Assembly: GCA_040219255.1 (NCBI GenBank)
Contig: JAVJSW010000077.1
Coordinates: 64,001-128,000, forward strand
Source of the DNA: Sumerlaeia bacterium
GTDB taxonomy: Bacteria > Sumerlaeota > Sumerlaeia > SLMS01 > JAHLLQ01
DNA: 64,000 bases
Direction of reading: 5' to 3'
Part shown: positions 29,275 through 39,099 of the stretch, piece after piece
Position numbering within the stretch: position 1 is the first letter of the stretch
Layout: each line of letters starts with the position of its first letter
The notes under the pieces: model-generated
The model's input: only the letters and a program-made list of their open reading frames with translations
The model's database searches: none
Told to the model about the DNA's origin: nothing
Made by a program: the position numbers and the translations under genes

Positions 29275-30789
29275 TCATCCCCGGGCGATGGCTTTTTCCA
29301 GCGTCTCGCAGACGGTGCGCAGGACTTGCACCCGGGCGTGGCGTTTGCACTCGCCCTCCACGATGGTCCAGGGCGCGTAATCCGTCGAAGTGCGCTCCAC
29401 CATTTCTTCCACGGCGGCTTCGTAGAGTCCCCATTTCTCGCGGTTGCGCCAATCCTCGTCCGTCATCTTGAACTGCTTGAGAGAATCCGCCTGGCGCGCT
29501 TCAAAGCGCCGGAGCTGCTCCCCGGGCGAAATGTGGATCCAGAACTTCACGAGCGCGACTCGGCTCTCCCACCATTGGCGCTCGAACTCGTTGATTTCGT
29601 CGTAGGCGCGGCGCCATTCCGCCTCCGTGGCGAACCCTTCGATCCGCTCGACAAGAATGCGCCCGTGCCAGGAGCGGTCGAAAATCACCATGTGCCCGCG
29701 GCGGGGCCCGTGGCGCCAGAAGCGCCAGAGGTAATGGTGAGCCTTTTCCTCCGCGCTCGGGGCGGAAATCGGCACCACCTGATAGCCGCGCGGATCCAGG
29801 GTCGCCGTCAGACGCCGGATGCTGCCCCCCTTGCCCGCCGCGTCCCAACCCTCGTAGGCTACCGCCAGAGCAACGCCCGCCTGGGCGGCGCGGTGCTGCA
29901 ACCGGCGCAGGCGAATCTGGTACTCGACCTTTTGCTTTTCGTAGCCGTCCTTGCTCAAACTGTGGGTCAGGTTGACCCGGCTCAGGATGGGCGTTTCCCC
30001 CGGCGGCGGAGCGTAGCGGCGTGGCGGCGGACCGGCCAGATCGGCCTCCTTGCGGCCGATGGCTTGGCGCAGTGCGCTCGCCAGCTCCTCGGCCACCTTC
30101 ATCCGGCGCCAGCGCTTATCGTTCGCGTCCACTACGAGCCAGGGCGATTCCGGATTGTGCGTGCGGGTGAGCAGTTCGCGCGCCGCCCGCATCATATCGT
30201 CATAGAGATGATGGCGCTCCCATTCCAGATCGGTCACGGTAAACTGGCGATAGGGGTCCTTCTCCGCCGCCTTCAAGCGCTTGCGCTGCTGCTTCTTGGT
30301 GATGTGGAGCCAGAATTTCAGCACCACCATGCCATCCGCCGCCAGCATCCGTTCCGTCTCTCGAATAGAACGATAGGCCGATTCCAGCTCCGGCCCTGTC
30401 ACCCGGCCGTCCACATGCTCGTCCAACACGCGGCGGTACCAGGACCGCTCGAAGAACGCGACGCGGCCCTTGGCGGGCATCCGCAGCCAGAAGCGCCGCA
30501 GCCAGGCGTTGCCCTGATCGCAAGGCCCCGGTTCGCCAAAGGCGCTCACTTCGAACCCGCGCGGGTCCAGGGCCTCCGTCAGGTGGCGGATCGTGTCGCC
30601 CTTGCCCGCCGTCCCGAGACCCGACAAGACCACCAGCACCGGAATCCCCAGTTCGCGGGCACGCTGCTGGAGAGCCCGCAGTTCGATTTTCAGCTCGGGA
30701 AAGCGCGCCTGATAGTCGCCCTTGCTCAACTGGGGCGTGGGATCGTCTTCGGCGGGAAGTTCGGGGACGGGGGTGGGGGTGGAAATCAT
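29275..30789 (-). CDS. ppk2: Two-domain polyphosphate kinase 2 (polyphosphate:AMP phosphotransferase type)
   Basis: Tandem PPK2 domains: degenerate SGLGTAGKG/FERSWY, then intact EGWDAAGKGG/FDRSW; KFWIHIS. Confidence 0.9.
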   Translation of the reverse strand: MISTPTPVPELPAEDDPTPQLSKGDYQARFPELKIELRALQQRARELGIPVLVVLSGLGTAGKGDTIRHLTEALDPRGFEVSAFGEPGPCDQGNAWLRRFWLRMPAKGRVAFFERSWYRRVLDEHVDGRVTGPELESAYRSIRETERMLAADGMVVLKFWLHITKKQQRKRLKAAEKDPYRQFTVTDLEWERHHLYDDMMRAARELLTRTHNPESPWLVVDANDKRWRRMKVAEELASALRQAIGRKEADLAGPPPRRYAPPPGETPILSRVNLTHSLSKDGYEKQKVEYQIRLRRLQHRAAQAGVALAVAYEGWDAAGKGGSIRRLTATLDPRGYQVVPISAPSAEEKAHHYLWRFWRHGPRRGHMVIFDRSWHGRILVERIEGFATEAEWRRAYDEINEFERQWWESRVALVKFWIHISPGEQLRRFEARQADSLKQFKMTDEDWRNREKWGLYEAAVEEMVERTSTDYAPWTIVEGECKRHARVQVLRTVCETLEKAIARG

Positions 30790-31085
30790 TCGCTGAGGGC
30801 ATCTTCCACAGTCACGTGGGGCGGGAGAATTCGCAGGATAAGAATGTCGTTTTCACGAACCTGATAGAGGAGCAACCTCTTCTCGAAGACGAAGGTCCGT
30901 AACCCTTGCGCTTCCGGGTGATCGCCCGGGCGCCCGAAGAAGGGATGATCCGCAAGATTCCGCCTCATCCGTTCGGAACTGTCATAAAACTCCTCGGCTT
31001 TGTCCGGCGAAATTCGATCGAGATAAATCGCCCACTCCGCCAAGTCGATTTCCCCTGAGTAGGTCGTCTCTATCGGCAGGCTCAC
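30786..31085 (-). CDS. parE: ParE/RelE family toxin
   Basis: DLAEWAIYL...LADHPFFGR...LRTF...LLLYQV...ILRIL. Confidence 0.8.
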   Translation of the reverse strand: MSLPIETTYSGEIDLAEWAIYLDRISPDKAEEFYDSSERMRRNLADHPFFGRPGDHPEAQGLRTFVFEKRLLLYQVRENDILILRILPPHVTVEDALSE

Positions 31086-31348
31086 GAGACCGGCTTTTGA
31101 CTTTCCGGTTCCAGCCGTTCGGCGACCATTTTCTTGATGCGTTCGATGTCGAAGGGGCGCGTGCGGCCTTCGCGAAAATCGTCAATCGCCGGGCGCAACT
31201 GCTCACGGATCCACTCCGCCTCGCGCTCCTTCATCCGCCGCAGGGCCTCCAGCGCCTCGCGCATCACCGCCTCCGGCGATTCGTACTGGCCGCTGGCCAA
31301 TTGCTCGCGCACGAACTTCTCGTATTCCGGATCGAGGGTCACTTGCAT
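31082..31348 (-). CDS. parD: ParD family (ribbon-helix-helix) antitoxin
   Basis: MQVTLDPEYEKFVREQLASGQYESPEAVMREAL; overlaps the toxin start. Confidence 0.85.
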   Translation of the reverse strand: MQVTLDPEYEKFVREQLASGQYESPEAVMREALEALRRMKEREAEWIREQLRPAIDDFREGRTRPFDIERIKKMVAERLEPESQKPVS

Positions 31349-31470
31349 GGTCGTTCCGCCTTTCCGGGCGCAAAAGGAAAGCCCGGTGTCAGAATGCCAA
31401 ATGCCGCGGGAAGCTGGCAAAGCAAAAAGACACCGGGCGAAGTCCCGAGGGATTCTGCGAAGGCTTGAAC

Positions 31471-32916
31471 CTACTGGTTCATCGCCTCCAGGAAATCCTC
31501 GTTGTGATCCGTTTTGCGCAGGCGGGACAGCAGGAACTCGGCCGCCTCGATGCTGTTCAGTTCACTGAGGATCTTGCGCAGGAGCCAGATGCGTTGCAGG
31601 TGCTTCTCGCTGATGAGCAGTTCCTCTTTGCGGGTGCCAGAGCGCAGGATGTCGATGGCTGGGAAGATACGCCGGTCCGCCAGCTTGCGGTCCAGATTCA
31701 CTTCCATGTTGCCGGTGCCCTTGAACTCCTCGAAAATCACATCGTCCATGCGGCTGCCGGTTTCGATCAGGGCGGTGGCGACGATGGTCAGGCTGCCGCC
31801 TTCCTCGATATTGCGGGCCGCGCCGAAGAAGCGCTTCGGCTTGTAAAGCGCGTTGGCGTCGATACCGCCAGAGAGCACCTTGCCGCTCTGAGGCGTGACG
31901 GTGTTGTAGGCGCGAGCGAGGCGGGTGATGGAGTCGAGGAGAATGACGACGTCGCGGCCGTGCTCGACGAGGCGCTTGGCCTTTTCACTCACCATTTCCG
32001 AGACCTGGCAGTGGCGCTCGGCCGGTTCGTCGAACGTCGAGGCGACCACCTCGCCCTTCACCGTGCGCTCCATATCGGTCACTTCTTCCGGCCATTCGTC
32101 GATCAGAAGGACGATCAGGTAAACTTCCGGGTGATTGGTGGCGATAGCGTTGGCGATGTCTTGCAGGATAACGGTCTTGCCGCTGCGGGGCGGGGCCACG
32201 ATGAGGGCGCGCTGACCCTTGCCGAGCGGGGTGAGCAAGTCCATGAAGCGCGTCGTTAGCTTCTTCTTGTCGGTTTCCAGGTGGATGCGCTCGTCCGGGT
32301 AGAGAGGCGTGAGATTGTCGAACAGGATCTTCTGCTTGGCCACGGCGGGGTCTTCGCCGTTTACCGTTTCGACCTTCAGCAGGGCGAAGTATTTCTCGCC
32401 TTCTTTCGGGGGCCGGACCGTGCCGGTGACGGTGTCGCCCTTGCGCAGGCCGAAGCGGCGGATCTGGCTCGGCGAGACGTAGATATCGTCGGGGCTGGGC
32501 AGGTAATTGTAGGACGAGCTGCGCAGGAACCCATAGCCATCGCTGTGGATTTCCAGGGTGCCGTTGGCGAACATGCGGCCGTTGCGATGCGATTGGGCGC
32601 GCAGGATTTGAAAAATCAGGTCCTGCTTGCGCTGGGCGGCGGCGTTTTCGACGCCGAATTCGGCGGCCATTTTGCTGAGTTCGAGGCTCGACAGCTTCTT
32701 CAGATCGGCGACATCGATCGGCTCGACGCCGTCCGCCGCGGCTTCTTCTTCGAGCCGTTCGCGTTCCGCCATCTGTTCTGGCGTTTCGTCCTCCATCATG
32801 CCGCTGCTCGAGGTTTTCGGGCGGCGCCGGCGGCGCACCTTCTTATCGAGTTCGGCTCCATTGGCACTGCCATTGGCGCTGGAAGTGGAGGTTTTCCTGC
32901 GTCGCGTCGTCGTCAC
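31471..32916 (-). CDS. rho: Transcription termination factor Rho
   Basis: [46 protein letters not shown] and [14 protein letters not shown] reads DEWPEE. Confidence 0.97.
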   Translation of the reverse strand: MTTTRRRKTSTSSANGSANGAELDKKVRRRRRPKTSSSGMMEDETPEQMAERERLEEEAAADGVEPIDVADLKKLSSLELSKMAAEFGVENAAAQRKQDLIFQILRAQSHRNGRMFANGTLEIHSDGYGFLRSSSYNYLPSPDDIYVSPSQIRRFGLRKGDTVTGTVRPPKEGEKYFALLKVETVNGEDPAVAKQKILFDNLTPLYPDERIHLETDKKKLTTRFMDLLTPLGKGQRALIVAPPRSGKTVILQDIANAIATNHPEVYLIVLLIDEWPEEVTDMERTVKGEVVASTFDEPAERHCQVSEMVSEKAKRLVEHGRDVVILLDSITRLARAYNTVTPQSGKVLSGGIDANALYKPKRFFGAARNIEEGGSLTIVATALIETGSRMDDVIFEEFKGTGNMEVNLDRKLADRRIFPAIDILRSGTRKEELLISEKHLQRIWLLRKILSELNSIEAAEFLLSRLRKTDHNEDFLEAMNQ

Positions 32917-33031
32917 GGGTGATCGTTTCCTCTCGGATGGTCAGTGTTCGCGGCGCTCGCGAAGGCGGCGCGGCGGAACATCGGGTGTTGGTGATGGATG
33001 AGTTTCGGTTTTTGCGTGTGGGGGATTGGGG

Positions 33032-33634
33032 TTAGCGGGCCGCGGGCGGCGCGCCAGTCAGATGGTGATAGAGACGCTCGGCGGCGTCGCGGGTGCTTTG
33101 CTGCGAGTGTGAGTTGTCGATGAAGAAATCGGCCCGGCGCACCTTTTCCTCTTGGGGCATCTGCGTTTTCAGGCGGCTGGCGATGTCCTCGCGGGTCATG
33201 CCGCGGGAGGCTTCGAGGCGCCGGAAGCGCACTTCTTCATCAACGGTGACGACAAGCACCTTGTCGCACAAGTCCTCGGCTCCGGTTTCGAAAAGAAGTG
33301 GAATTTCGAGGATAATCAGTGGATGGTCCCGCCATCTCTCGACGAACTCTTCTTCGCGCTTGCGCACCCGGGGGTGGATGATGGCCTCGAGGGCTTGTCG
33401 GCGAAGGGGGTCCTGGAAAACGATTCGAGCGACGACCGCCCGGTCAAGCTCGCCTTTTGGGCCGATGACCGCGGGGCCGAATTCCGCCGCGATTTCCTGA
33501 AGAGCGGGTGATCCGGGGGCAACTACCTCTCGAGCAATCCGGTCCGCGCAAATTCGCTTCGCGCCGAACTCCTCCAGCAAGTCACCGACAAAAGTTTTCC
33601 CGCTTCCAATTGAGCCGGTCAAGCCGAGAATCAC
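33032..33634 (-). CDS. coaE: Dephospho-CoA kinase
   Basis: GLTGSIGSGKT, LEAIIHPRV and EIPLLFE. Confidence 0.95.
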   Translation of the reverse strand: MILGLTGSIGSGKTFVGDLLEEFGAKRICADRIAREVVAPGSPALQEIAAEFGPAVIGPKGELDRAVVARIVFQDPLRRQALEAIIHPRVRKREEEFVERWRDHPLIILEIPLLFETGAEDLCDKVLVVTVDEEVRFRRLEASRGMTREDIASRLKTQMPQEEKVRRADFFIDNSHSQQSTRDAAERLYHHLTGAPPAAR

Positions 33635-33655
33635 GCGTATCCTTCGTCCAGAATC

Positions 33656-33811
33656 AAATCACCACAGAGGCACAGAGATCACCGAGTCTTTATTATCATG
33701 TTTCTTCGCAGGATTGTCACCTGAATCTTTACCTCGGCAAGCTTGACGAAGCGTGACCCCAACTCATTGCTTCCCTTGCTCTCGGTGCCCTCTGTGACTC
33801 GGTGGTGATTT
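33656..33811. repeat. Inverted-repeat element, copy 3
   Basis: Left AAATCACCACAGAGGCACAGAGATCACCGAG (33656-33686); right CTCGGTGCCCTCTGTGACTCGGTGGTGATTT (33781-33811). Confidence 0.85.
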
Positions 33812-34009
33812 TCATCCCCGCATAACTGACAGCAATCTCCGCGCCAGCGCGATTCCCGGTTGTCCGCCAAAGCGCCTTGGCCCCATGGAGGGGCAAGCAA
33901 GCCTGCGCGCGGCCGCCGCGAGGGCGCGATTCGCTCCCGCCGCAGACCGCCGCCGCAAGCCCAAATCTCCCGCCCCCGGCCTCCGCCGCCGAGAAAGGCC
34001 TCGCCTCCC

Positions 34010-34633
34010 GTGCCCCTGAAAGTCGCCGACCATCCGCTCATCACCCACAAACTGACCATCATCCGCGACAAAGACACGAGCGTCAAAAAGTTCCGCGAGA
34101 TCGTGGAAGAAATCACGCTCCTGCTCACCTACGAAGCTACCCGCGATCTGCCCCTCAGCGACGCGCTGATCGAAACGCCCCTGTGCCCGATGACGGGCCG
34201 GGTCGTCAAAGAACGCTTTGTCATCACGCCCATTCTGCGCGCCGGGCTCGGCATGCTGCACGGCATGATGAGCATCTTTCCCGTGGCCAAAGTCTCCCAC
34301 ATCGGCCTGGAGCGCGACGAAGAAACCGCCCTCCCCCGAACCTATTACTACAAGTCGCCGCCCGATCTGGCCGGCTCGCACGTCATCATCATCGACCCGA
34401 TGCTGGCCACCGGAGGCAGCCTCTCCGCCGCCGTGGACCTTATCAAGAGGGGTCAACCGTCCACCATCAAGTGCATCTGCCTGCTCGCCGCCCCGGAAGG
34501 CCGCGACCGCATGAATCGCGATCACCCGGACGTGGACGTGTACGTGGGGGCACTCGACGAGCGGCTGAACGAAAAAGCCTACATCGTCCCCGGCCTCGGC
34601 GACGCTGGCGACCGAATGTACGGGACGCTGTGA
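34010..34633 (+). CDS. upp: Uracil phosphoribosyltransferase
   Basis: HPLITHKL, PILRAGLGM, DPMLATGGS and YIVPGLGDAGDR. Confidence 0.96.
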   Translation: MPLKVADHPLITHKLTIIRDKDTSVKKFREIVEEITLLLTYEATRDLPLSDALIETPLCPMTGRVVKERFVITPILRAGLGMLHGMMSIFPVAKVSHIGLERDEETALPRTYYYKSPPDLAGSHVIIIDPMLATGGSLSAAVDLIKRGQPSTIKCICLLAAPEGRDRMNRDHPDVDVYVGALDERLNEKAYIVPGLGDAGDRMYGTL

Positions 34634-37600
34634 TTCCGCGCTGAATCCAATTCGCCCAATAACGCATCCTCCAATGTCGCTTCCACCGTGATCGCCCTCG
34701 GATGAGGCGCTTCCGCGGCGATGACGCGCCAGCCCTCGCTGCCCGCCCTCGCGTAGCGGTAAAGCAGCCGCACGTCCGGACCGACGAGTTCCCGGGCGAG
34801 AGCGTCGGGGCCTTGGCCGTTGGCGGGGACTTCCCACACCTTCCGGCCCCAGAACGCGCGGAAGTCGGCGGTCGGCCCGGACCAGAGGAGGCGGCCGCCG
34901 CTGAGCACGCCGATGGCGTCGCAACGGTCTTCCAGGTCCTCGACGATGTGGGTCGAGAAAATGACCGTGCGGGTTCGCGCCAGACGGGCGAGCAACAGGC
35001 GCACTTTGACGCGTTCGAGCGGATCGAGGCCCGCCGTCGGTTCGTCCACGATGAGGATCGGCGGCGCGGAAAGCAGCACCCGGGCGATGCCCGCGCGCTG
35101 GCGCATGCCGCCGGAGAACTGGCCGATCCGCTTGTCCAGCACATGCTCCAGGTGGACTTCTTCGGCGGCGCGGGCGATGGCGGCGGCACGGCCCGGGACG
35201 GTTTGGAGGTTGTCGAGGGCGTGGAGGCGCTGGAGCAGCACCGGGTGCGCGTAAGGATCGGCGGCGGCGCGGCGGGCGGTGCGGGCGGAAATGGTGGCGA
35301 AATATTCCAGATACTCGCGCAGCGTCATCCAGTCGTAATGCCCATGGGTTTGCGGCAGGTAGCCGATGAGCGGCGCCAGGGCCTCTCCGGCCTCGCGCTG
35401 CGCGAAGTCAAAGACACGGACAGTTCCCCGGGCCGGTTCCTGAAGCCCCGCGATGCAGCGCATCAGCGTGGTCTTGCCCGCGCCGTTCGGGCCCAGAAGC
35501 CCGAAGAGACCGGGCCGGATTTCGAGGCTGACCTGGCTGAGGGCGGCGGTGCCCTCCAGCGGCCGATGGCCCAGCGGATAGCCTCCGGTGGGCAGTAGGC
35601 GCTTGAGGTGCGCCAGCGCGCCCGGAGCGAAGGTGACGTGCAGATTCTGAACGACGATGGCGGGCGAGGCGGGGTCCTGCGGGACTGGGGCCGGGGAGGC
35701 TGAGAGCGCCGCCGCGGGCTTGGGCCGCCGCACCGCGAACAGCACATCACCGACCACGGCCCTCCCCACTCGCCATCCGAACCGCGAGCGCCAAAGGCCG
35801 AGCACCAAACCCTTGGGCAGGCCCCAGACGATGCCCTTGACGACTCCCCACCACGTCCGGCCCCGCGTCAGCGTCCGGCCGTAGGGCGCCGCCCACTCCA
35901 CAAAGTCGTCGCCAATCAGGTAAAAGCACGGCAGCGCGATCAGCGTCAGGAACGTCGCCGAAGTCAACCCGCCAACGACCGTCACCGCGACGGGGCGCCA
36001 GATCGAGTCCTCGTCGCCGGTCAGCGCCATCGGCATCAGGCCGAGGAATGTCGTCAGGAACGTCATCAAAATAGGGCGCAGGCGTTGGTCGCTGGCCTGG
36101 AACACGGCCCTGATGCGGCCCCAGCCTTTATCGCGCCGATACCGCAACGCGGTATCCAACAGTACGATGCCATTGTTCACGATGACGCCAATGAGCAGCA
36201 GGACACCGAAAGCCGCCATTTCGTTGAAGGGAAGCTTGGTGATCGCCAGCGCCGCCACGATTCCCAGCATCGCCAGCGGCGTTGTCGCGACGATCACCAG
36301 CGGTACCCACCAGGACTCGAAGGTCGCCGCCATGACCACGAAAATCAGCAGGATGGAAACCTGGAGGCAGAACATGAAGTCTTTCTGCTGCTGATCGAGG
36401 GTTTGCTGGGCGCCGCCGATTTCCGTGACGACGCCGCCGGGATTGGGCAGCGCGGCGAGGAGCTTCTTCACCTGCTCCAGAATCGCCCCCTGATCCGCGC
36501 CGGGGACCCAGAAGTATTCGATGCTCAGGCTGCTTTGCCGGTCCTTGCGATAGATGCGGCCGGGCATTTGGGCGGTGCGGAACGTGGCCAGTTCGCCAAA
36601 GGAAACGGTCGAGCCATTGGGGGCGTAGATCGCCAGGTCGCGGACTTCGTCGGCGTTCTTGCCCTGGGCGTCGGCGAGGCTGATGGTCACGTCGGTGCGG
36701 TCCTCGCCATCACGCAGCGTCAGCGAGGAAATCGTTCCGGACGCGCGGGTGGCGTTGACGTAGTAGGACAAAATCTGCGGCGTCAGGTTGAACAGCCGGG
36801 CTTTCTCGCGGTCGATCAGAGCGTGGTATTCGTTGTCCGTGTCGAAGCGTTCGACTTGGGCCCGGGTAATGGCCGGGATGGTGGTCAGGGCGTCGATCAG
36901 GCGCTGGGCGTAAACTTCGATCACGTCGAAGTCCAAGCCCTTCAGCACCAGAACGCCCTTCTCTCCCCCGCCGAGAACGTCCGGCGCCTGGGGGCGGTCA
37001 GGCGATTCCAGGGCCGCCTCGCCGCCGGGCACGGGGCCAATGAAATCGACGATGTTGGCGCGGATTTCTTCCAGACCCTTTTCGCTCGGGCGCTCGTCGC
37101 GCTCCTTGAGTTCCACATCGAATCGCGCCGAATCGCCGCGGAACCACACGCTGATGTTCTCGATATCCTCGTGCTCGAGGAGCTTGTCCTCGACAAACGC
37201 CACGACGCCGCTGGCCTCCGCCGTCAGGGTCCCAGGCGGCAGAATCAGGAACACGTTGAAGACATCGCGGCCCGCGTTGCGATTGCTGGTCTCTTCGCGG
37301 ATGATGCCGCTCGATTCCATGAAAACGAAAATCGTGAAGAGCACGATGCCAACGCTGACGGCACCGCGATGGCGCAGGCAGCCCTTGAGCACGAACCGGT
37401 AGGTCTCGCGCATGTAGTCGCGTTTGGGGGCGATCTTCAGCGTCGATTGGCGCCGGCCCTTGCGTTCGTAGCTCTTCAGCGCTTTGCCCGTCAGCATCGC
37501 CGACAGCGTCAGCGCCACGCCCAGCGACACGATCAGCGGGAAGATGAAAGCGAAAGCGGGCTCGCGCACGATGGCTTTGAAATCGCCCTCGATAAAGCTG

Positions 37601-38943
37601 AAGGGCACGAAAAAGACGATGGTGGTCAGCGTCGAAGCGAAGAGCGCCCGGCCGATTTCCGTGCCGCCCTCGGCCGCCGCGTCCTCGGCGGACATCCCCC
37701 GGCTGAAGTAAAGCCGGTAGCAGTTCTCGACCACCACGATGGAGTTGTCCACCAGCATCCCCACCGCCAGCGCCAGCCCCACGATGGAGAAGATGTTGAT
37801 GCTCATGTCGGCGGCGTAGAACAGGTTGAACACCGCGATGATCGAGATGGGAACGCTGACGAAAATAATCGCCGCGATTCGCGCCGAGTGGAAGAACAGC
37901 AGCGGCACCAGCAGCGACAGCAACGCTCCGATCAGCGCCAGGTCGCGCACTTCGTTGATGCCCTTGAGAACCTGCTCGGCGGCGTCGAAGTTGACCTTGA
38001 TCTGGACGCCGGTGGGCAGGGACTCGTTGATTTCATCGAGCCGTTCGCGGACTTTGCGCGACATCGCGACCAGGTTCTCGCCCTCTTCCTGGTCCACGCG
38101 GATGCCGATGGCGTAGTTGCCGTTGCGCCGGTAAACCCACGAATCGAGCGACTCCCCCTCAGCGATGCGGGCAACGTCGTCCAGGCGGATGGCGCCTTCC
38201 TTACCGACGGACAAATCCGCCAGTTCGTCCATGGTCTTCACCGCCGGCTCGAGGCGCACGTAGTGCCGTTCCTCGGGCACCTCCAGCGACCCGAGATAGG
38301 TATCTTCCGTCGCCGCCGACTGAATTCTGCTGAAGACCTGCTCGAATTCCAGGCCATAGCCACCCAGCAACGCCGGCACGATTTCCACGTCGGCGGCGGG
38401 ATTGGTGAGTCCGCCGACTTCGACCTTGGCGACGCCACTGATGGCTTTCAGGGCCGGCTCCACCTTGTCTCGGGTCACGTCCTGGATCAGCTCGTCGCTC
38501 GGGCCTTCGACGGCGACCTCCATCAGAAGGTTGACAATTTCGTTGGTGCTGAAGGGAAAAATCTCGATGACGGTGCGGCGGTCTTCCAGTTCCTGCTGGA
38601 ACGAAATCAGCCGCTCCTGCAGGTCCAGCGTCGTCATCCGCAGGTCGGCGTCCTGCTCCAGCTCGACCCGGATCCAGGTGCCCCAGCCGCCGGTCCACGA
38701 CTGCATCGATTTGACCCGCGGGACTTCGGAGATGATGCCCTCCACGGGGCGCGTCAGGGCCTGCAGGACCTCGTTGGCGCTGGCATCCGGCTTGTTCATG
38801 TAGACGCCCAGGGCCGGGACGCTGATGTTGGGGACGAGTTGGAGGGGGAGTTGGCGGTAGGACACGACGCCAAGCACCACGATGGCCAGGAAGACCATGA
38901 GGGTCGTTACCGGACGGCGGACGGATGTGGCGGAGAAAGTCAA
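34579..38943 (-). CDS. AcrB/RND-family permease fused to a C-terminal ABC ATPase
   Basis: RND: SVRRPVTTLM, GMLVDNSIVVVEN, RLRPILMT, GGLTSATFLTL. ABC: GPNGAGKTT, FSGGMRQR, IVDEPTAGLDP, STH. One open frame; TTG start at 38943 inferred from typical AcrB N-termini. Confidence 0.88.
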   Translation of the reverse strand: MTFSATSVRRPVTTLMVFLAIVVLGVVSYRQLPLQLVPNISVPALGVYMNKPDASANEVLQALTRPVEGIISEVPRVKSMQSWTGGWGTWIRVELEQDADLRMTTLDLQERLISFQQELEDRRTVIEIFPFSTNEIVNLLMEVAVEGPSDELIQDVTRDKVEPALKAISGVAKVEVGGLTNPAADVEIVPALLGGYGLEFEQVFSRIQSAATEDTYLGSLEVPEERHYVRLEPAVKTMDELADLSVGKEGAIRLDDVARIAEGESLDSWVYRRNGNYAIGIRVDQEEGENLVAMSRKVRERLDEINESLPTGVQIKVNFDAAEQVLKGINEVRDLALIGALLSLLVPLLFFHSARIAAIIFVSVPISIIAVFNLFYAADMSINIFSIVGLALAVGMLVDNSIVVVENCYRLYFSRGMSAEDAAAEGGTEIGRALFASTLTTIVFFVPFSFIEGDFKAIVREPAFAFIFPLIVSLGVALTLSAMLTGKALKSYERKGRRQSTLKIAPKRDYMRETYRFVLKGCLRHRGAVSVGIVLFTIFVFMESSGIIREETSNRNAGRDVFNVFLILPPGTLTAEASGVVAFVEDKLLEHEDIENISVWFRGDSARFDVELKERDERPSEKGLEEIRANIVDFIGPVPGGEAALESPDRPQAPDVLGGGEKGVLVLKGLDFDVIEVYAQRLIDALTTIPAITRAQVERFDTDNEYHALIDREKARLFNLTPQILSYYVNATRASGTISSLTLRDGEDRTDVTISLADAQGKNADEVRDLAIYAPNGSTVSFGELATFRTAQMPGRIYRKDRQSSLSIEYFWVPGADQGAILEQVKKLLAALPNPGGVVTEIGGAQQTLDQQQKDFMFCLQVSILLIFVVMAATFESWWVPLVIVATTPLAMLGIVAALAITKLPFNEMAAFGVLLLIGVIVNNGIVLLDTALRYRRDKGWGRIRAVFQASDQRLRPILMTFLTTFLGLMPMALTGDEDSIWRPVAVTVVGGLTSATFLTLIALPCFYLIGDDFVEWAAPYGRTLTRGRTWWGVVKGIVWGLPKGLVLGLWRSRFGWRVGRAVVGDVLFAVRRPKPAAALSASPAPVPQDPASPAIVVQNLHVTFAPGALAHLKRLLPTGGYPLGHRPLEGTAALSQVSLEIRPGLFGLLGPNGAGKTTLMRCIAGLQEPARGTVRVFDFAQREAGEALAPLIGYLPQTHGHYDWMTLREYLEYFATISARTARRAAADPYAHPVLLQRLHALDNLQTVPGRAAAIARAAEEVHLEHVLDKRIGQFSGGMRQRAGIARVLLSAPPILIVDEPTAGLDPLERVKVRLLLARLARTRTVIFSTHIVEDLEDRCDAIGVLSGGRLLWSGPTADFRAFWGRKVWEVPANGQGPDALARELVGPDVRLLYRYARAGSEGWRVIAAEAPHPRAITVEATLEDALLGELDSARNHSVPYIRSPASPRPGTM

Positions 38944-39070
38944 GGCGGAGAAGCTCTCGAGGACGGCGCGGAAGGCATCGGCTCGGCGGGCGAGCCGGCG
39001 CCGCCAAAGGATGGTGAAGGTAAAGAAGCGAAAGAAAGATTCGTCAAGGCCATTCGCCCGATTTCCGCCC

Positions 39071-39099
39071 TTGACAAGGCGGCGCCCTTTGCACAATCT
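39071..39099 (+). promoter_or_regulatory. Putative sigma70 promoter for rplM-rpsI
   Basis: TTGACA, 17-nt spacer, CAATCT; about 220 nt upstream of rplM. Confidence 0.45.

Noticed and set aside
29275-30789. Degenerate Walker A in the first PPK2 domain as pseudogenisation
   Set aside because: An inactive N-terminal domain is a known property of two-domain PPK2 enzymes, and the frame is intact.
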